A stretch of 63,041 nt of DNA, filler included, from Folioceros fuciformis (Eukaryota), in the NCBI GenBank assembly GCA_049999805.1. It is 3 parts of 2 records of this genome, joined end to end, with 100 filler letters (N's around TTAATTAATTAA, not from the genome) between each part and the next. Parts side by side here need not be neighbours in the genome. Positions count along the whole stretch, not along the records: positions 1 to 31,913 come from JBNGIO010006379.1; 2 more parts are not named here. One strand, 5' to 3'. The translations under genes were made by a program, and so were the position numbers. Below are positions 1 to 15,643 of this stretch, piece after piece. Below the pieces are notes generated by a model. The model made no database searches. It was not told the DNA's origin and saw nothing but the letters and a program-made list of their open reading frames with translations. Numbering within the stretch: the first letter of the stretch is position 1; the number at the start of each line of letters is the position of its first letter.

Positions 1-726
1 ATGGGAGGCCTAAATCACGCCCGTGGGAGGGGCGGTGTGGCAGGCCCATTCTGGTGCGCAAACCGACCAACCCGTGGAGCCAGGAAGCTCGCTACCGAGC
101 TCCCTTCGGACCAAGCAAGCAAAGCTTGAGGAAAAACGGACACCCGTACACTCGGGGGCCCCGGGCCGGACACCCCGCCTCTGAACACGCTCGCTCCTTC
201 ACGCTTGCGGAACGGCACGCCACCCTTATCTTGCTCCTTATTATCATCACCTAATCTCACTGTACTGCATGTAGATTGCATGGGGTAGGCCCGGCAGGGA
301 TAGTGGTAGGACATGGCCCACCCTTGCCGTTACCCACTTGTACATATCTAGCCCTTGCTGGATATTTCTCACCCCCTCTTCCAAGATACTCGCTCCTCTG
401 ATTCCGCTTCATGTGTGTATCTGTACTTCCTACTTATGCGTAATCTGCATGCATCTATGTCTGTGTCTGTCTGTGCCATTGGGTGAAGCTTGCCGTGCCG
501 TGCACAGGCCATTAAGTGCCTGTACCTGTGCCTGCACTGCACAAAATCTTTGATTTTCTCTGTTTATAAATCATCCCTCTATGGGGTGTATCAAATTCTG
601 GTCTGCATCCAAACAATCTGGTCTCCTTGTTTTTTAAGACTCAAACTCTCTCTCCCTCTCTCATTCAAAATAGGCTAACATGTCTTCCTTCTCCTTGCCT
701 TGCCCATCAGCCACTTTGCAGGTCAA

Positions 727-796
727 GGGTTTAGGGTTTAGGGTTTTAGGGTTTTAGGATTTTAGGGCTTAAGATTTTAAGATTTTAGGGTTTAAG
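727..796 (+). repeat. Degenerate interstitial plant telomere-like (TTTAGGG/TTTTAGGG) array
   Basis: gggtttagggtttagggttttagggttttaggattttaggg... read directly; lies about 290 bp upstream of the ATG at 1082. Confidence 0.85.
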
Positions 797-1081
797 TTGC
801 ATACACGCTAATCCCTGCAATGGAAGAGACTGTCCGCTAATGGAAACTTTATTATAGAAATAAGGATTTTTAGTAGTAAAATATGCCCAGCAGCAAATTT
901 AGTATCTTTGGGTTCCCATATATATGTACCTACCCATGTAGCTATTTTGGTCCTGGGATATCACCACGACGACTTGCGTCAGATGCACATATTGTATGTG
1001 GAGTGGCTATTTACATAGTTCAGCAGCGCGGATCCTAGGTCTCCACCCAAAATCGTCTTATTAGTAGAAAGGCGGGAGCTC

Positions 1082-2235
1082 ATGAGAGGAAGGCGAGCCC
1101 GCAGAAGGGCTGCCGCCCAGGCGAGGGAGAGGGCGGTGGCAGAGACGGAGCCAGAGTCGTCGCCGTTGCCTGCTCCAGCTACCGCAGCAAATTTGAAGCG
1201 CGGGAAGGTTACTTTGCGTGAGCAGAGTCTGCTGGATCGGGGAATCGAGAGCTCGTTGCCGCCTGGGAAGAAGGCGGCGCGGCTCCGCATCCAGCACTTG
1301 GAGAAGGTGGCGGCATGGGCCAGCGCCACCGTTCCGCCTCTCGGTGCGTTCCTCGGGGCTCGCCTGGCGGCCACCTGCGAGGTGGAAGGTCTGCCGCCTT
1401 CTAATGCCACGCTCGATTCCACCTGCCAGAGGTGAGATGAATGATTTAATGCCCTGCCCTTTCTTGCCTGTCTTTTTCAGCTGCGGATGCATGGCGTTTG
1501 GGAAATGTCTCACAGATTTCGGTTCGTAGGTGTGAATCGTTCCTCCATGTTGGCGTGAATTGTTCCGTGGAGGAGGAGGATGAGGAGCGCAAGAAAAAAC
1601 GCAAGGCCAACAATGGCAAGGGCAGACGTTGCGACTACCTGCTCTATATTTGCCACTACTGTAACCACCGCAACGGGAGGCCTGCACCTGGCCGTAAGGA
1701 GCGAGCCGAGTTGATGCGGAAAACCCTGGAGTGCAAGTCCGCCGCGGAGCTCACTCCTGACATGGGTGTGGCACCGCAGAGTGAGGAGGGAACGGAGCGG
1801 TCAAGTCATGAAGAGACAGGTGTGCCTGCCGGGGCTCCAGCTCAAGCTCAAGCTCAGGATCCGTCTCCAGTTCCAGTTCTGGATCCAGAGCTGGGTGGTT
1901 GGAGTCCGGAAGTTGAGAGAGACGGAGATGAGGGGGTCTTGCCTGCTCAGACTCCGACTGTGACAAGCGTTACGGATGACAACAAGGAGAGATTTGCAGC
2001 AGGTGCAGCAGAGGCGCCCTCTGCCCGGCCTCCAGCTGTGTCTTCACGTTTTGCTGCTCCTGCACCCAGTCCCCGTACTCCCACTCCTTCGGGAAGTGGC
2101 AAAAAGAGGAAACGGAAAGGATGGACGTCCTTGAAGGAGATTGCTTCTCAAAATGTGAAGCAAGGGATGGCAGTGAGGACGCCCATCTTGTCTATGGGGA
2201 ACTTGATGCTTTCAAACTTGTATTCATCCTCTTAG
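1082..2235 (+). CDS. RNase P/MRP Rpr2/Rpp21/Snm1-domain zinc protein, 2 exons (1082-1431, 1530-2235), 351 aa
   Basis: GT-AG intron 1432-1529 joins TCQ/R to CESFLHVGVNC...LLYICHYCNHRN, giving the CxxC...CxxC pattern of Rpr2/Rpp21; basic KKRKRKGWTSLKEIA tail. Confidence 0.8.
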
Positions 2236-2460
2236 AAAATGAAATCTGGAGGAGGACATCAGCCCGTGCAGGAGAAGATGTCTTCTTTGGCACTCGAAAT
2301 TGTAAGGACGTCTTATTGGAACGTACAACTTGTGAGTATCCACCACGTTCTGCCGAAGGTATCTGAAAGCCCTGAAAGATTACAGGATGGAGACGAACTT
2401 GCAATACTGAAAGGCTGACCAGGAGGAATGAGAGTCATGTACTTGAACTCCAGGGGCTAC

Positions 2461-2850
2461 GACTTTGTAGCCAGCAGTTTGGGCAACATGCACGCAATTT
2501 GTGGCAGTATGGAAGACTCGGTGACGACGGTGCTTCACCGACTTGCTCAGGAAAATGGAAGTGGGATTACCTGGACTTGCATGATAGCAGGAAAAGATTC
2601 AGAATGTGTTGCAAGCTATGGGCAAGCAATCCATGTATACTTGTTTGTCGTCGGCCAGGTGCCACGACTTTGCAGCCAGGAGTTTGGTCAACTTGTACGC
2701 AACTTTAGCCAGCAGTTTGGTCAGTATGTACGCAAATTGTGGTAGTTTAGAAGACTCGCTGGCGGTGCTTCACAGTCCTCACGAAAAATGGAAATGGGAT
2801 CACATGGACTTGTATGATAGCAGGACAGGATTCAGAATGTGTTACAAGCT
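2461..2850 (+). pseudogene. Degenerate PLS-type PPR fragments (two tandem motifs, frameshifted)
   Basis: FVASSLGNMHAICGSMEDS...ITWTCMIAG and LASSLVSMYANCGSLEDS resemble the plant PPR consensus SLVxMYAKCGSLEDA...VxWxxMIAG; frames are broken. Confidence 0.6.
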
Positions 2851-3849
2851 ATGCGCAAGGAACCCCGACCTGGGAACGAAACTCTTTGTACTTGCGTTGA
2901 TTGGGATAAGTATTGACAGTACGCTGAGAACAAGAAAACATCAACCCTCCTTTTATCACTTGATGCTGCTCTATTACCCACTGATGTGTATACCGATCCT
3001 GAAGTTTTTATTTATAATAATGGAGAAACACAGGTAGATCATGGTGTGGGAGTTTTTGGTATGGCTCATGTAAGTTATAGGTAGATGAGGATAGTTGATG
3101 TGTTTGGGCCTCAACATGGTTATTGCTAACATCCTCAAGAAAGTTTCCTTGGCGGGACCTCGATTTTTCCTTCATGACTGTGTCGGTGTTTGGTTGATGC
3201 ACCGGTTGGCTTGCCAACTTCTGAAGTAGTTTATCATAGAGGTGTTCCCTCGTTGTGTGCTTTTCCACGTTCCTAGTGTGACAGACGTAAGCTGGCGTAT
3301 GCTACGGTCGGTCAAGCTACCCGCAGCCCATGGGGGTGTCTTGTCAGAGTATTTTGTGCGTGTTTTGTTTTTTATCAACAAAAGTGTAAATACAAGTAGT
3401 ATGTCTGCTGACCTTCGTGAAATTTTCCCAGAACATAATTTTTTCGGGCTAGATCCTGAAGGGGGAATTCGAGGGCTAGCTCTCGATGCATTGATGGGCC
3501 CCTGCATTTCTCTCCACTGCCAGGCGCTCAGTTGAAGACCGTCTTGCATTCCATGCCTCCTTAGTCCAGCACTCGTATCTGCCACCTTCCTCTCGCCCTC
3601 CTTTCCCGGCCAAAGCTCCTTCAACCCTCGCTGCTACAGACTCCGGCCCTGCGTGATCCATGACAGGCGGTGCTCTTGAGGTACAGACTGGTGCCTTCAC
3701 GTCCTCCTGTTGCCTTGGGTCTTCTCCATTGACAGCCACCTGGTTCGCTCCCATCAGCAAGGGCGTATACAAATGGAGATATTTGACAGATGGTTGGGAT
3801 AGGTCATGCTCCAATAGCACGCATCTATGCATGGCAGGAGCTGGATCAC

Positions 3850-4000
3850 CATGTACCAACCAGGTCCGGTAGTGACCCGCCTTCGAAAAAATATGTGGAG
3901 TTACCGTCTCCAAGGCAGGCAGTTTGCAGGGTAGGGCGTGCACGAAAGATGCTGTCTTGTATGATGAGTTCCAGCAGCGTTGTACACGTAGCCCGACCAT
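3850..4000 (-). mobile_element. Possible CACTA transposase-associated domain remnant
   Basis: RCWNS...VTPHIFSKAGHYRTWLVHGD resembles CxxCxN...VxxHL...YxxWxxHGE; weak, no TIRs found. Confidence 0.25.
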
Positions 4001-4134
4001 TGCTCAGGAGTTTCCCCAGTAGCTTCCCCTGGAGCATCTCCCCTCTCGCCGTTTGGTATCCGAGAGACATCTGTGAGGCCACCTGAGCTTGTACTTGCGT
4101 AGGAGTCGGAATCGAGGCGCAGTGCAGCAGCAAA

Positions 4135-4788
4135 ATGGGGGCGGATCTGGAGCAAACCATCAGAGCCCGGCACTCCTCTCGCAAGTTTCTGTCCCAACCG
4201 GTGCCACGGGCGGTGCTGCTGGAAGCCCTGGAGCTAGCACAGTGCGCACCGTCCAACTCCAATATCCAGCCATGGCACGTGGTGATTGCGGAAGGCCCCA
4301 GGCGCGACCGGCTGAAAGACGCCTTGCTGAAGGAAGCTAGTAAGGGGGCGCCCGACATCCCTCCGCTGCCGGAAGAGTTCAAGCACTACCGGCAGGAGCT
4401 GGGGGCCAAGGTCTACGGCGCCATGGGAATCGCTCGAGACGACAAAGCTGGCAGAACTGCGGCGGTGCTGCGGAATTACGAATTCTTCGGGGCGCCTGTA
4501 GTGGCTATCATCTGCATGCACCAGGCTCTGGGCCGCGCGGACTCCATGAGCGTCGGGATGTATGTGCAAACCCTGTTGCTGGCCCTGACCGCCCGCGGCG
4601 TCGGCTCCATCTGTGAGGTCTCGGTGGCCGGCTACCCTGACGTAATTCGCAGGGAATTGGACATACCCCCGGAGCTGGCCATCATCTGTGGTGTAGCCAT
4701 CGGCTACTCTGACCCTGAATTTCCTGGGAATGCTGTGCACATAGATCGTGCTCCTGTGGAACACAACGTCGTCATTCTGGATTCCTGA
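4135..4788 (+). CDS. FMN-dependent nitroreductase (NfnB/PnbA-like), intronless, 217 aa
   Basis: RHSSRKF FMN-binding motif, APSNSNIQPW, RNYEFFGAP, SVGMYVQTLLLALTARGVGS, GVAIGY; intact ORF with caaaATGG start context. Confidence 0.92.
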   Translation: MGADLEQTIRARHSSRKFLSQPVPRAVLLEALELAQCAPSNSNIQPWHVVIAEGPRRDRLKDALLKEASKGAPDIPPLPEEFKHYRQELGAKVYGAMGIARDDKAGRTAAVLRNYEFFGAPVVAIICMHQALGRADSMSVGMYVQTLLLALTARGVGSICEVSVAGYPDVIRRELDIPPELAIICGVAIGYSDPEFPGNAVHIDRAPVEHNVVILDS

Positions 4789-6251
4789 TGACTCCGTTTC
4801 CTCATGTACCTTGGCTTCTTCCTGGCAAGAATTCATCTCACTACTCTCGCTGCGTCCTGTTGCCCTCATTTATCCAAATTAGTTGAGGTTACTGCTGACT
4901 CCTTGTCCCAGGGGCACACGTGCGAATGTCAACGGTAAGGCAGTGAAGAGTCGAGTTCCCGGCAATGCTTGATGCATTTCTCCTCGTTAGGAATGCCTCC
5001 CTTTTCAACTGGGCTGGCGACTGGCTAGACAGTTAGAAGTGTCAAACACCAAAAATAGGCCTGCACGCATCCCGCCTCTGCCGTTCGTAAGGACAGCTCG
5101 CAATCACCTTCCCTTCTCCCAAAGGATGGCCGGCACTCACAAGTACAGAAGCACGCACTCCAATTTGATTTGGACTGGATCAAGTTCCCATCAGTTTCCT
5201 CCTCAATCGCTGGCTCTCTTAACCCACACACACTCCTCCAATCTCTCGGCAAAGGCCTACCTGCCATACCGAAGGTGTTGCATGACATAGGATGATGACG
5301 CGCTTTGTCTACGGAAGATGCGATCCTTGCTACGACATCTGTTTGCTCCTCTTCTCCTGAACAGATTAACAAAAATCGTATCGCAACATAGAATAGCAAA
5401 AAGGACAAGAGTGGTAGATAACCAGGTGAGGGTCCAAATGTATCAAAAGTATCCAGTAGAGCCCACTTACCCAATCAGGATAGCCTGCTAACCCAAACGG
5501 AATAAAGCGGTAATTGAAAAGCCTACATGTTTCTCCGTCACGCGTGAAGGAAATGCAAATGCATGATGGATGGGGAGCAGGTTCCATGAAAGCGTACAAC
5601 GCGCAAGAGAACCAACAAGTGGACGAGGTGCTGGTTCCCGGAAGGAGGCTTATTTGGTCCCCAATTCTCTCACGCATCATCGGGATGCATTAACTGCGAC
5701 TTGCATTTGGCGAGACAGTGGAGACTGTGCCATCTTATGCGTGGCTGACACGCATAAGATGGCAGGCTGTGAGTGTGAAGAAGAAAGGTCCAATTATGTA
5801 CTGTGCGGGAAGGGGGTCCCATAATGACACGTTGTGTTGACCCTTAGTTGAGCCCCGTGCGCGTCGGGGACTCGGGAAACATAGTGTTGCAGCCTCGAGC
5901 TAACGTCGGGAATCGTTTGTCGGACACGCCAACTGATCAAATCGCGTGCCGTGCTCCGCAACCGGTTGGTTCCTGCTCCGACTTTCCGTGTCGGGGATTG
6001 GCTATGACTGATTGGCCTTCCAACCGGGTGCTTACCATATCGGTTGCAAATCTGCCGCGGCCGACGCTACCTCGCTCTTTAAGCTATTGGTCTGGATTTT
6101 GCTGCGTGGGCAATCCGATCCACAATAATTCCGTTCCCGAAGACGCCGATGTGGATGGACCCAGCCCACAGTCGCATCGTCACCGTGCTTTAAAACCTGC
6201 AGCCTGCTCCTCCATCCCCTCGCAGCTGCCTTGGCTTTCCCTGCTTCCGCG

Positions 6252-9257
<3,006 letters not shown>

Positions 9258-9523
9258 CCCGTGGGCAGGTGGACAGGACATGTCTTGCAGGAAAAATTTT
9301 CCTGCACAATTCTTTGAAATTGGTAGGGGTAAGTAAACAACATTACAGGTAGGGAAGCCTGTATGTAGATATGCAGACGTAATGACTGCATGGCCCTCTC
9401 ACAATAGAGGAGAGAAAGCTTTTCTTTTAGCGGAGGTGAAGGGCTTCAGGACGGCTTTGTTAGCCACTCTCTTATTCTTCGACATTGTAGGTCAACACTG
9501 TTGGACTTTGGACTTTATTATTG

Positions 9524-10011
9524 CTACTCATCTGCCCATACCACGGTATCGACTCCAGAGGCGGGGAGCTCTTGCTGAATGGAGCGTCCCTGCCAAATGA
9601 GATTGAAAGTAGCAGCAGATGAACCCTGGTTACACACCACAACGATCTTTCGGCCAGCGTTCAGGAAAACGGCAGCGATGAAGTTGCTATCTGCGATGGA
9701 GGGGGTGGACGCAATGTGCCAAGCCCCTGGCCGCACAAACCTGGCGAAGTGTGCGATGGAGTAAAACTCCTCATTGAACGTCACTTCTTGGGTGGTCTGG
9801 TTGATGGTGACGACACCTCTGCAATTGGCGCACCCGCCGGTATGCGGATTCCCAGCAGGATTCAACGCCAGGCTCCGCAGCAGCACCGGCTGCGCCCAGC
9901 TCCGGACGCCTCCGATGAAGAGCTTTTGCATGTTGTACACCATGTTGGCCCCGAAGTCCGTGTACGCAAACGTTCCGGTGCATTCAATGAGGAAGATGCT
10001 ACAAAAAGGAA
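9524..10011 (-). pseudogene. GH30 glycoside hydrolase, C-terminal part, bacterial type, intronless
   Basis: IFLIECTG...FIGGVRSWAQPVLLRSLALNPAGNPHTGGCANCRGVVTIN...NEEFYSIAHFARFVRPGA matches the microbial GH30 C-terminal consensus (TECSG...RNWAK.VLLWNLALD..GP..GGC..CRGVVT...H.SKFV.PGA). Confidence 0.8.
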
Positions 10012-10016
10012 GATGT

Positions 10017-10216
10017 TATAAAAAGTATGCAGGGTCATGAGAATCATCAGAACAGGTAATTACACTCGGTAGTGTTTTCGCTTAAAAGAGTGTCTCAGCC
10101 CTTAGGCTGTTGGTGTGCAAGCTTGTGCCTGTTCGAGTTCAAGAGACACGACTCTTCAGCCAGGTGTGTTGGTCTAACCGAATGCCTACCAGGTGATGTC
10201 TGTCAGAATTCCTATA
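10017..10216 (-). repeat. 3' LTR (TATA...TATA termini)
   Basis: Direct repeat of 14822-15021 with 6 mismatches in 200 bp by manual comparison. Confidence 0.92.
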
Positions 10217-13200
10217 CTCCCCCTAGACATAACATGTTAGGCTGAGGGAAAAGTTACGGGATGAACTCCAAGTAACTTCATACAGGCTATGTGCTTATCC
10301 CTCGGTAAGCTCTTGGTAAGAATATCTGCCGCCGTATGTTCAGTTGGGCAGTATTCTAGCTTAATTTCACCTTCTGCGCATTTCTCACTAACATAGTGAC
10401 ACTGCCGATTGATTATCGATCTTAAGTATCACGGGCTTGACTTGTGTTATGCCAAGCTCCGCTAAGTAGACGAACTCTATCTGCCACACGCTTGGTAGCT
10501 AGAGTAGCTGCCATGTATTCAGATTTTGTATAAGAAAGAGCTATAGCAGTTTGCCTCTTAGAACCCCAATCGATGACAGCATTGCACAACATCAGCGCGA
10601 ACCCGGAGGTCGATTTCTTCGAGTCCACATCTCCCCCCCAATCGGCATCCGTGTAAGCGAATAGCTGAGGGTTGTAAGGAACTTTGTCCACAGGCCCGCT
10701 ATACAGGAGCCCATGGGTCATGGTACCTTTAAGATAGCGCAGGGTGCGTTTAAGCGCCGACTAGTGAGCCGGTCCTGGGTTGGCCATTTGCCGGCCCAAA
10801 ACACGGACGGCATGGCTAAGATCGGGCCGTAAAGTGGTGCGTATCCAATTGATACAACCAACCGCCTCTTGATAAGGGATTGACTCCATATACTTATGCT
10901 CTTTTATCATCCTTGGGTGCTTGTTCGGCACTCAAAAATGCGCCCACGGCGAGAGGAGTAGCAGCGGGTTTACACTCAGACATATTGAACTTATTAGTGT
11001 ATTCTTAATGTATTGGGTTTGACTTATGTAGCCACCTATCATTGCGATTCTGAGTAACTTTCATGCCGATACAATAATGTATATCCCCGAGATCGACCAT
11101 ACCAAATCTGGACTTCAACATGGTGATGCTCTTGGCTAGCAGGCCCAACTTATCATTGCTAGCTAAGATGCAGTAATCAACGTAGAGAGGTAGGATGACA
11201 AGCACAGTCCTAGACCTAAGAACATAGATATTGCCATCAGATGGGCATTTGACAAATCCAAACTCAATGAGGACCTCGTTCATCAAGTCATACCAATCGA
11301 TGGCGGACTGCTTAAGACCATAAAGTGCTCCTTGCCCTTCTCTACGTATGCCGCGAGTTCACGCATGTAAATTTCTTCCTTGAGGCGACCGTGTAAGAAT
11401 GTCGTCTTAGCATCTAATTGGACAACTTCCCAATCATGTATAGTAGCTAAGGCCAAGATAGTGCGAAGAGAACTTATCTGTACAACGGGAGAGTAGAGGT
11501 GGTCCGCATCGTAATCAGCACTGGCCCTTTGAGTGTACCCTTGGGCAACAAGACGAGCCTTATAGCGCTCCATTGCGCCATCAGCCGTGTACTTAATTTT
11601 AAAAGTCCACTTACTCCCCACGGCCTTGCGGCCTTCAGGCAGTTTGCAAAGACGCCATGTCTTGTTATTCTGGAGTGACTGGAACTCATCATCAACTGCC
11701 TTTTTCCATTCAGCTCCTTGCGGGCCAGACATAGCCTCCTTGTAACTCGATGGCTCTTGAATATTCGATGAAGCCATGAGTGCTTCAGCATAAGTAAGAA
11801 CCGCGCGCTTCGTTAGGGAGGCACTCAAGTGAGGACTTGAGGTAATATGTCCCGCCTGAGGAGAATGTATAAAGTTGGAAGTGAATGAAGCTTGTTCGAG
11901 ATTGTCACGAACTTTCCAGCTTGGTTGTATTATCCTGGTAGAATGTAGAAGTGCAGGGGGCTCTTCAACCGATAAGGGCAAATCCGGAGGGTGAGTAACG
12001 TCTTCAGCGGGAAAAGGAAAGTCAGGTTCATCTTGACCACAAATAGTGTCACTGCTAGATGGCAAAACGGGGTCAGGAGGTTGAGCAATTGGTGGAGTAG
12101 CAGGAGCGGCCGCGATAAGCAAGGGGGCAGGAGGCAGCATAGCCGTAGCTGGAGGGATAGGCGGAGGCAGCATAGCCGTAGCTGGAGGGATAGGCGGAGG
12201 CAACACGGGCACAACTGGAGGGGTTGGCAGCTGGGCAACAGCTGCTGGCTCTGGGGCTTGACGGGGTGAATAGAAGCTCCCACTCATCCTCCCCCCAAGC
12301 GCTAGAGCTCAAATCATCCCCTTGAGTAGAATTTGGAGAAAATATGTCACTCGAGGAAGGTACTTTCACAATTACAGGAGAGGTTAAGAGCGGCTGCTCA
12401 TTAAATATGACGTCATGAGCAAAGACGAGACGTTGAGAGCCCTTCAAGTAAATACGGTATGCCTTCACGGTCTCTCCATATCCGAGTAAGATACCTTCCT
12501 GAGACTTGGAATCCAATTTCTTGCGAAGGGCCTTGGGAACATGGACATAGGCCTCACATCCAAAAATACACAGATGACTAAGGTTAGGCTTACGGTGGCT
12601 CCAAGCTTCATACGGGGTCAGCCCCTCAACTGCCTTCGTAGGTAGTCGATTCAGAAGGTAGTTTGTTGTGTTAAGAGCTTCAGCCCAAAAATGATTTGAG
12701 AGGGATGAATGCTTCAACATGGACCTACCCATCTCAACTTGAGTCCTATGGCGCCTTTCAGCGACTTCATTTTGCTCGGGTATATGGGGAACAGTGGTCT
12801 GTCTAATAATACCATGTGATAGACAATGGTGTTTAAAAGCAGCATTGTTAAACTCCCCACCACCATCACTGCTAAGGATCTTGACCTTTCTATTGGACTG
12901 AGTTTCTACTTCTGATTGCCAAGAGCAGAAAGTAGAAAATGTGTCTGACTTGGTGGACAGATAATACACCCATCCATAACGGGTGTGGTCATCAGTAAAG
13001 GTAACTTGATAGAGCGAACCCTGCAAGGAAGGGGTCTGCATGGGGCCTAGAAGATCTGTATGAATTAGGACTAGGGGTTCAGGGCTTCTATGGGAACCAA
13101 TAGGGAACTTCTTCCTCTGTTGTTTGCCCAAGGCGCAGCTTGGGCAAATTATAAGGTATGCAATAGACTTCAACGGGAAACCTACCACGTAGTCATGTTG

Positions 13201-14821
13201 CAGTAAAGCTCTCATCCTTTGTGCACTGGCATGCCCTAACCTGAAGTGCCACATGCCACATGTTGCTAGATGGTGAGGACACAGAAGAGCTAAATGAGGT
13301 ATTAGGGTGAGTCAAACTACCCACCTCTGGTTGTTGAAGGACATCTCGCTCATGAAAAATGGGACTCGTGCCTAAAACGAACAGCCTGCCGAATCTGTGG
13401 CATGTAGCCATAAGTTGGCGAGATTGATCAAACAGAGTGCACTTGTTAGGAGCAAACACGAAGGTAAAACTGGCCTCAAGTGCTTGCCCAACAGAGACGA
13501 GATTCTTACTCAAATGAGGAACGAACAATACATCATGAAGCTCTCTTACCTGTGCATCGGGTAAGGTAATAGCAACAGCACCAGTGCCTCGGATTGCACG
13601 CCGGGAATCATCACCAAGATACACATAACTCTCAACAGTGTTAGGGTGAAAAGAGACAAACCACTCTCTGTGCCCAGTCATGTGCTGGGTCGCTCCAGAA
13701 TCAATGAACCAGGTGTAAGAATCCAAGGTGATGTTCAAGCAGACAACGAAGAGGCAGGCACCGTGGGTGGCGCTACTAGAAGATTGATTCTTCATGTCTG
13801 CAAGCCTCTTGCGACAATCGCGTATGTGGTGACCAGGCAACTTGCAATAGAAGCAAGTCCCTAGTTTATGCTTTTCATTAGGGCTTTGAGGAGGGGGTGT
13901 GCCCCTGCTGGGAAAGCCACGCGAAGGACATCCTCTAAAGGGGATAGATCTTCCAGAGTGCTAGTACTATAGAAAGCAATGCCCTTAGACATGGAGGGAT
14001 TGCCTCCTTTACGGCGCTGCTCCTCTTGCTTTGACAGCGCAATTGTCTCATCCAAGGGCCTGGGGTTGGCAGTCTGTGTCATGACTAAAGCAAACCACGA
14101 GGGTGGCATGGATTGGAGCATCTGCACTGAGGCATCATGGTCAGACACAGTGGTGCCTGTGAGTTCCACCACATCCTTGAGGTTCATAAAGATGTTTATG
14201 AAGTGCTCAACGGATTCAGACTCCGCCATTCTTAGATTGTAGAACTTTCTTGTCAAGTAGCCCTTGTTGATAGCGTTGTCAAACACGTACTTGCTCTTCA
14301 GGCAGTCCCAAACCTCCTTGGAAGTCAATAGGTGCCTCACAAGGTTCATCTATGCGTCTCTCATGTAGAGCATCAGATTTGCATGAGCTTTTCTGTCCTT
14401 AAGGTCCCAGTCTAATTTACTGCCGGGTCCATTCGCAGGTGTGTGGTGTATCGTTCCACCTGGGGTTGCAGGTGGAGTGAGAGGGCGCTTCTCACTCCCG
14501 CCAACGACACTAAAGAGGTCTTCTCGCAGGAGAAACACCTCGATCTTCCTGCTCCAAGGGGGGTAGTTGGACCCATCGAAGAAATTCACCAATTTGCTAA
14601 CGGAATCGGAGGACCCCATCGCATAGAAGTCTGCCTGATTACGGGAAGCAAACGTACAAGTGATAACAGGTATAGGTCCAAGGGTTTAGCCTCTTGGGTG
14701 CAACACATTGAAAATTGTCATTTATTGTTTTGTTGAGCAACTCATCCTTTGTACAAAGTTGTCTCAAGTAGCAGTGCATTCTACGCCCAGCTATAGGATC
14801 AATGGTACTACTCTGATACCA

Positions 14822-15021
14822 CATAAAAAGTATGCAGGGTCATGAGAATCATCAGAACAGGTAATTACACTCGGTAGTGTTTTCGCTTGAAAGAGTGTCT
14901 CAGCCCTTAGGCTGTTGGTGTGCAAGCTTGTGCCTGTTCGAGTTCAAGAGACACGACTCTTTAGCCAAGTGTGTTGGTCTAACCGAATGCCTAACAGGTG
15001 ATGTATGTCAGAATTCCTATA
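14822..15021 (-). repeat. 5' LTR
   Basis: Direct repeat of 10017-10216, adjacent to the tRNA-iMet PBS. Confidence 0.92.
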
Positions 15022-15026
15022 GATGT

Positions 15027-15093
15027 CTTTATCGGCGTCCTTATCGGCGTAGGCGAGGTGCATGGATTCCATAGCCGAGAGCTCGCCACCGTC
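15027..15093 (-). pseudogene. Upstream piece of the same GH30 gene, on the far side of the Copia insertion
   Basis: Reverse strand reads DGGELSAMESMHLAYADKDADKDI, matching GH30 YxGxxSxxSxxHxAYPDKxIYFTE just before the nucleophile. Confidence 0.7.
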
Positions 15094-15643
15094 TTAGCGT
15101 CTAAATGATTACAAAGGAGGGGATACCATTTCTAGTAATATTTTCAAAAATATAGATCAATTAAGTAGAACATGTCATCATACATCAATTACATAGAACA
15201 AGCCACTCTACATCAACTACAGAGAGTAAGTCACTATCATTTCACTATGGAAACCCTACATCCCTACATTGTATGGCCTCTTCTACATGTATTCACTAAG
15301 AAGTCTGGCATAGTATTCACCAAGTTGGCGAATATTATTATGCACTTCCCTTTCAATAACTATAGTGTTTATCTCAATGCTTCGAAGTAGGTCCATGAAA
15401 AACCAACCACCTTTATGCCCTCATTATTGATTTTCGATATTTCTCCTAACTATCTTCTATTCATCACTCTTAAAAAAAAGTGTGAAAAGAAAGACCTTTT
15501 CATTCTCATCCTAATGTAGTGCTCATGATAACTCCCCATTTCGTAAACCCATCCCTCATCATCTTGCAACTAGCCAGGCAAATATTATTAATGAGCTATA
15601 TAGATTTAGTTTTCTATTTATATATTTTTGTAGATTAAAAAAC

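Larger units (their letters stand above)
10017..15021 (-). mobile_element. Full-length degenerate Ty1/Copia LTR retrotransposon
   Basis: 200-bp LTRs, GATGT TSD (10012-10016, 15022-15026), PBS tggtatcagag (14811-14821), PPT (10217-10224); gag, WFIDSGA protease, WHxRLGH integrase, RT, YTDADWGG RNase H, with stops and frameshifts. Confidence 0.95.

Noticed and set aside
3846-4869. Long antisense ORFs over the nitroreductase (and similar ones over 1061-1687 and 47543-48289)
   Set aside because: Shadow ORFs of GC-rich coding sequence
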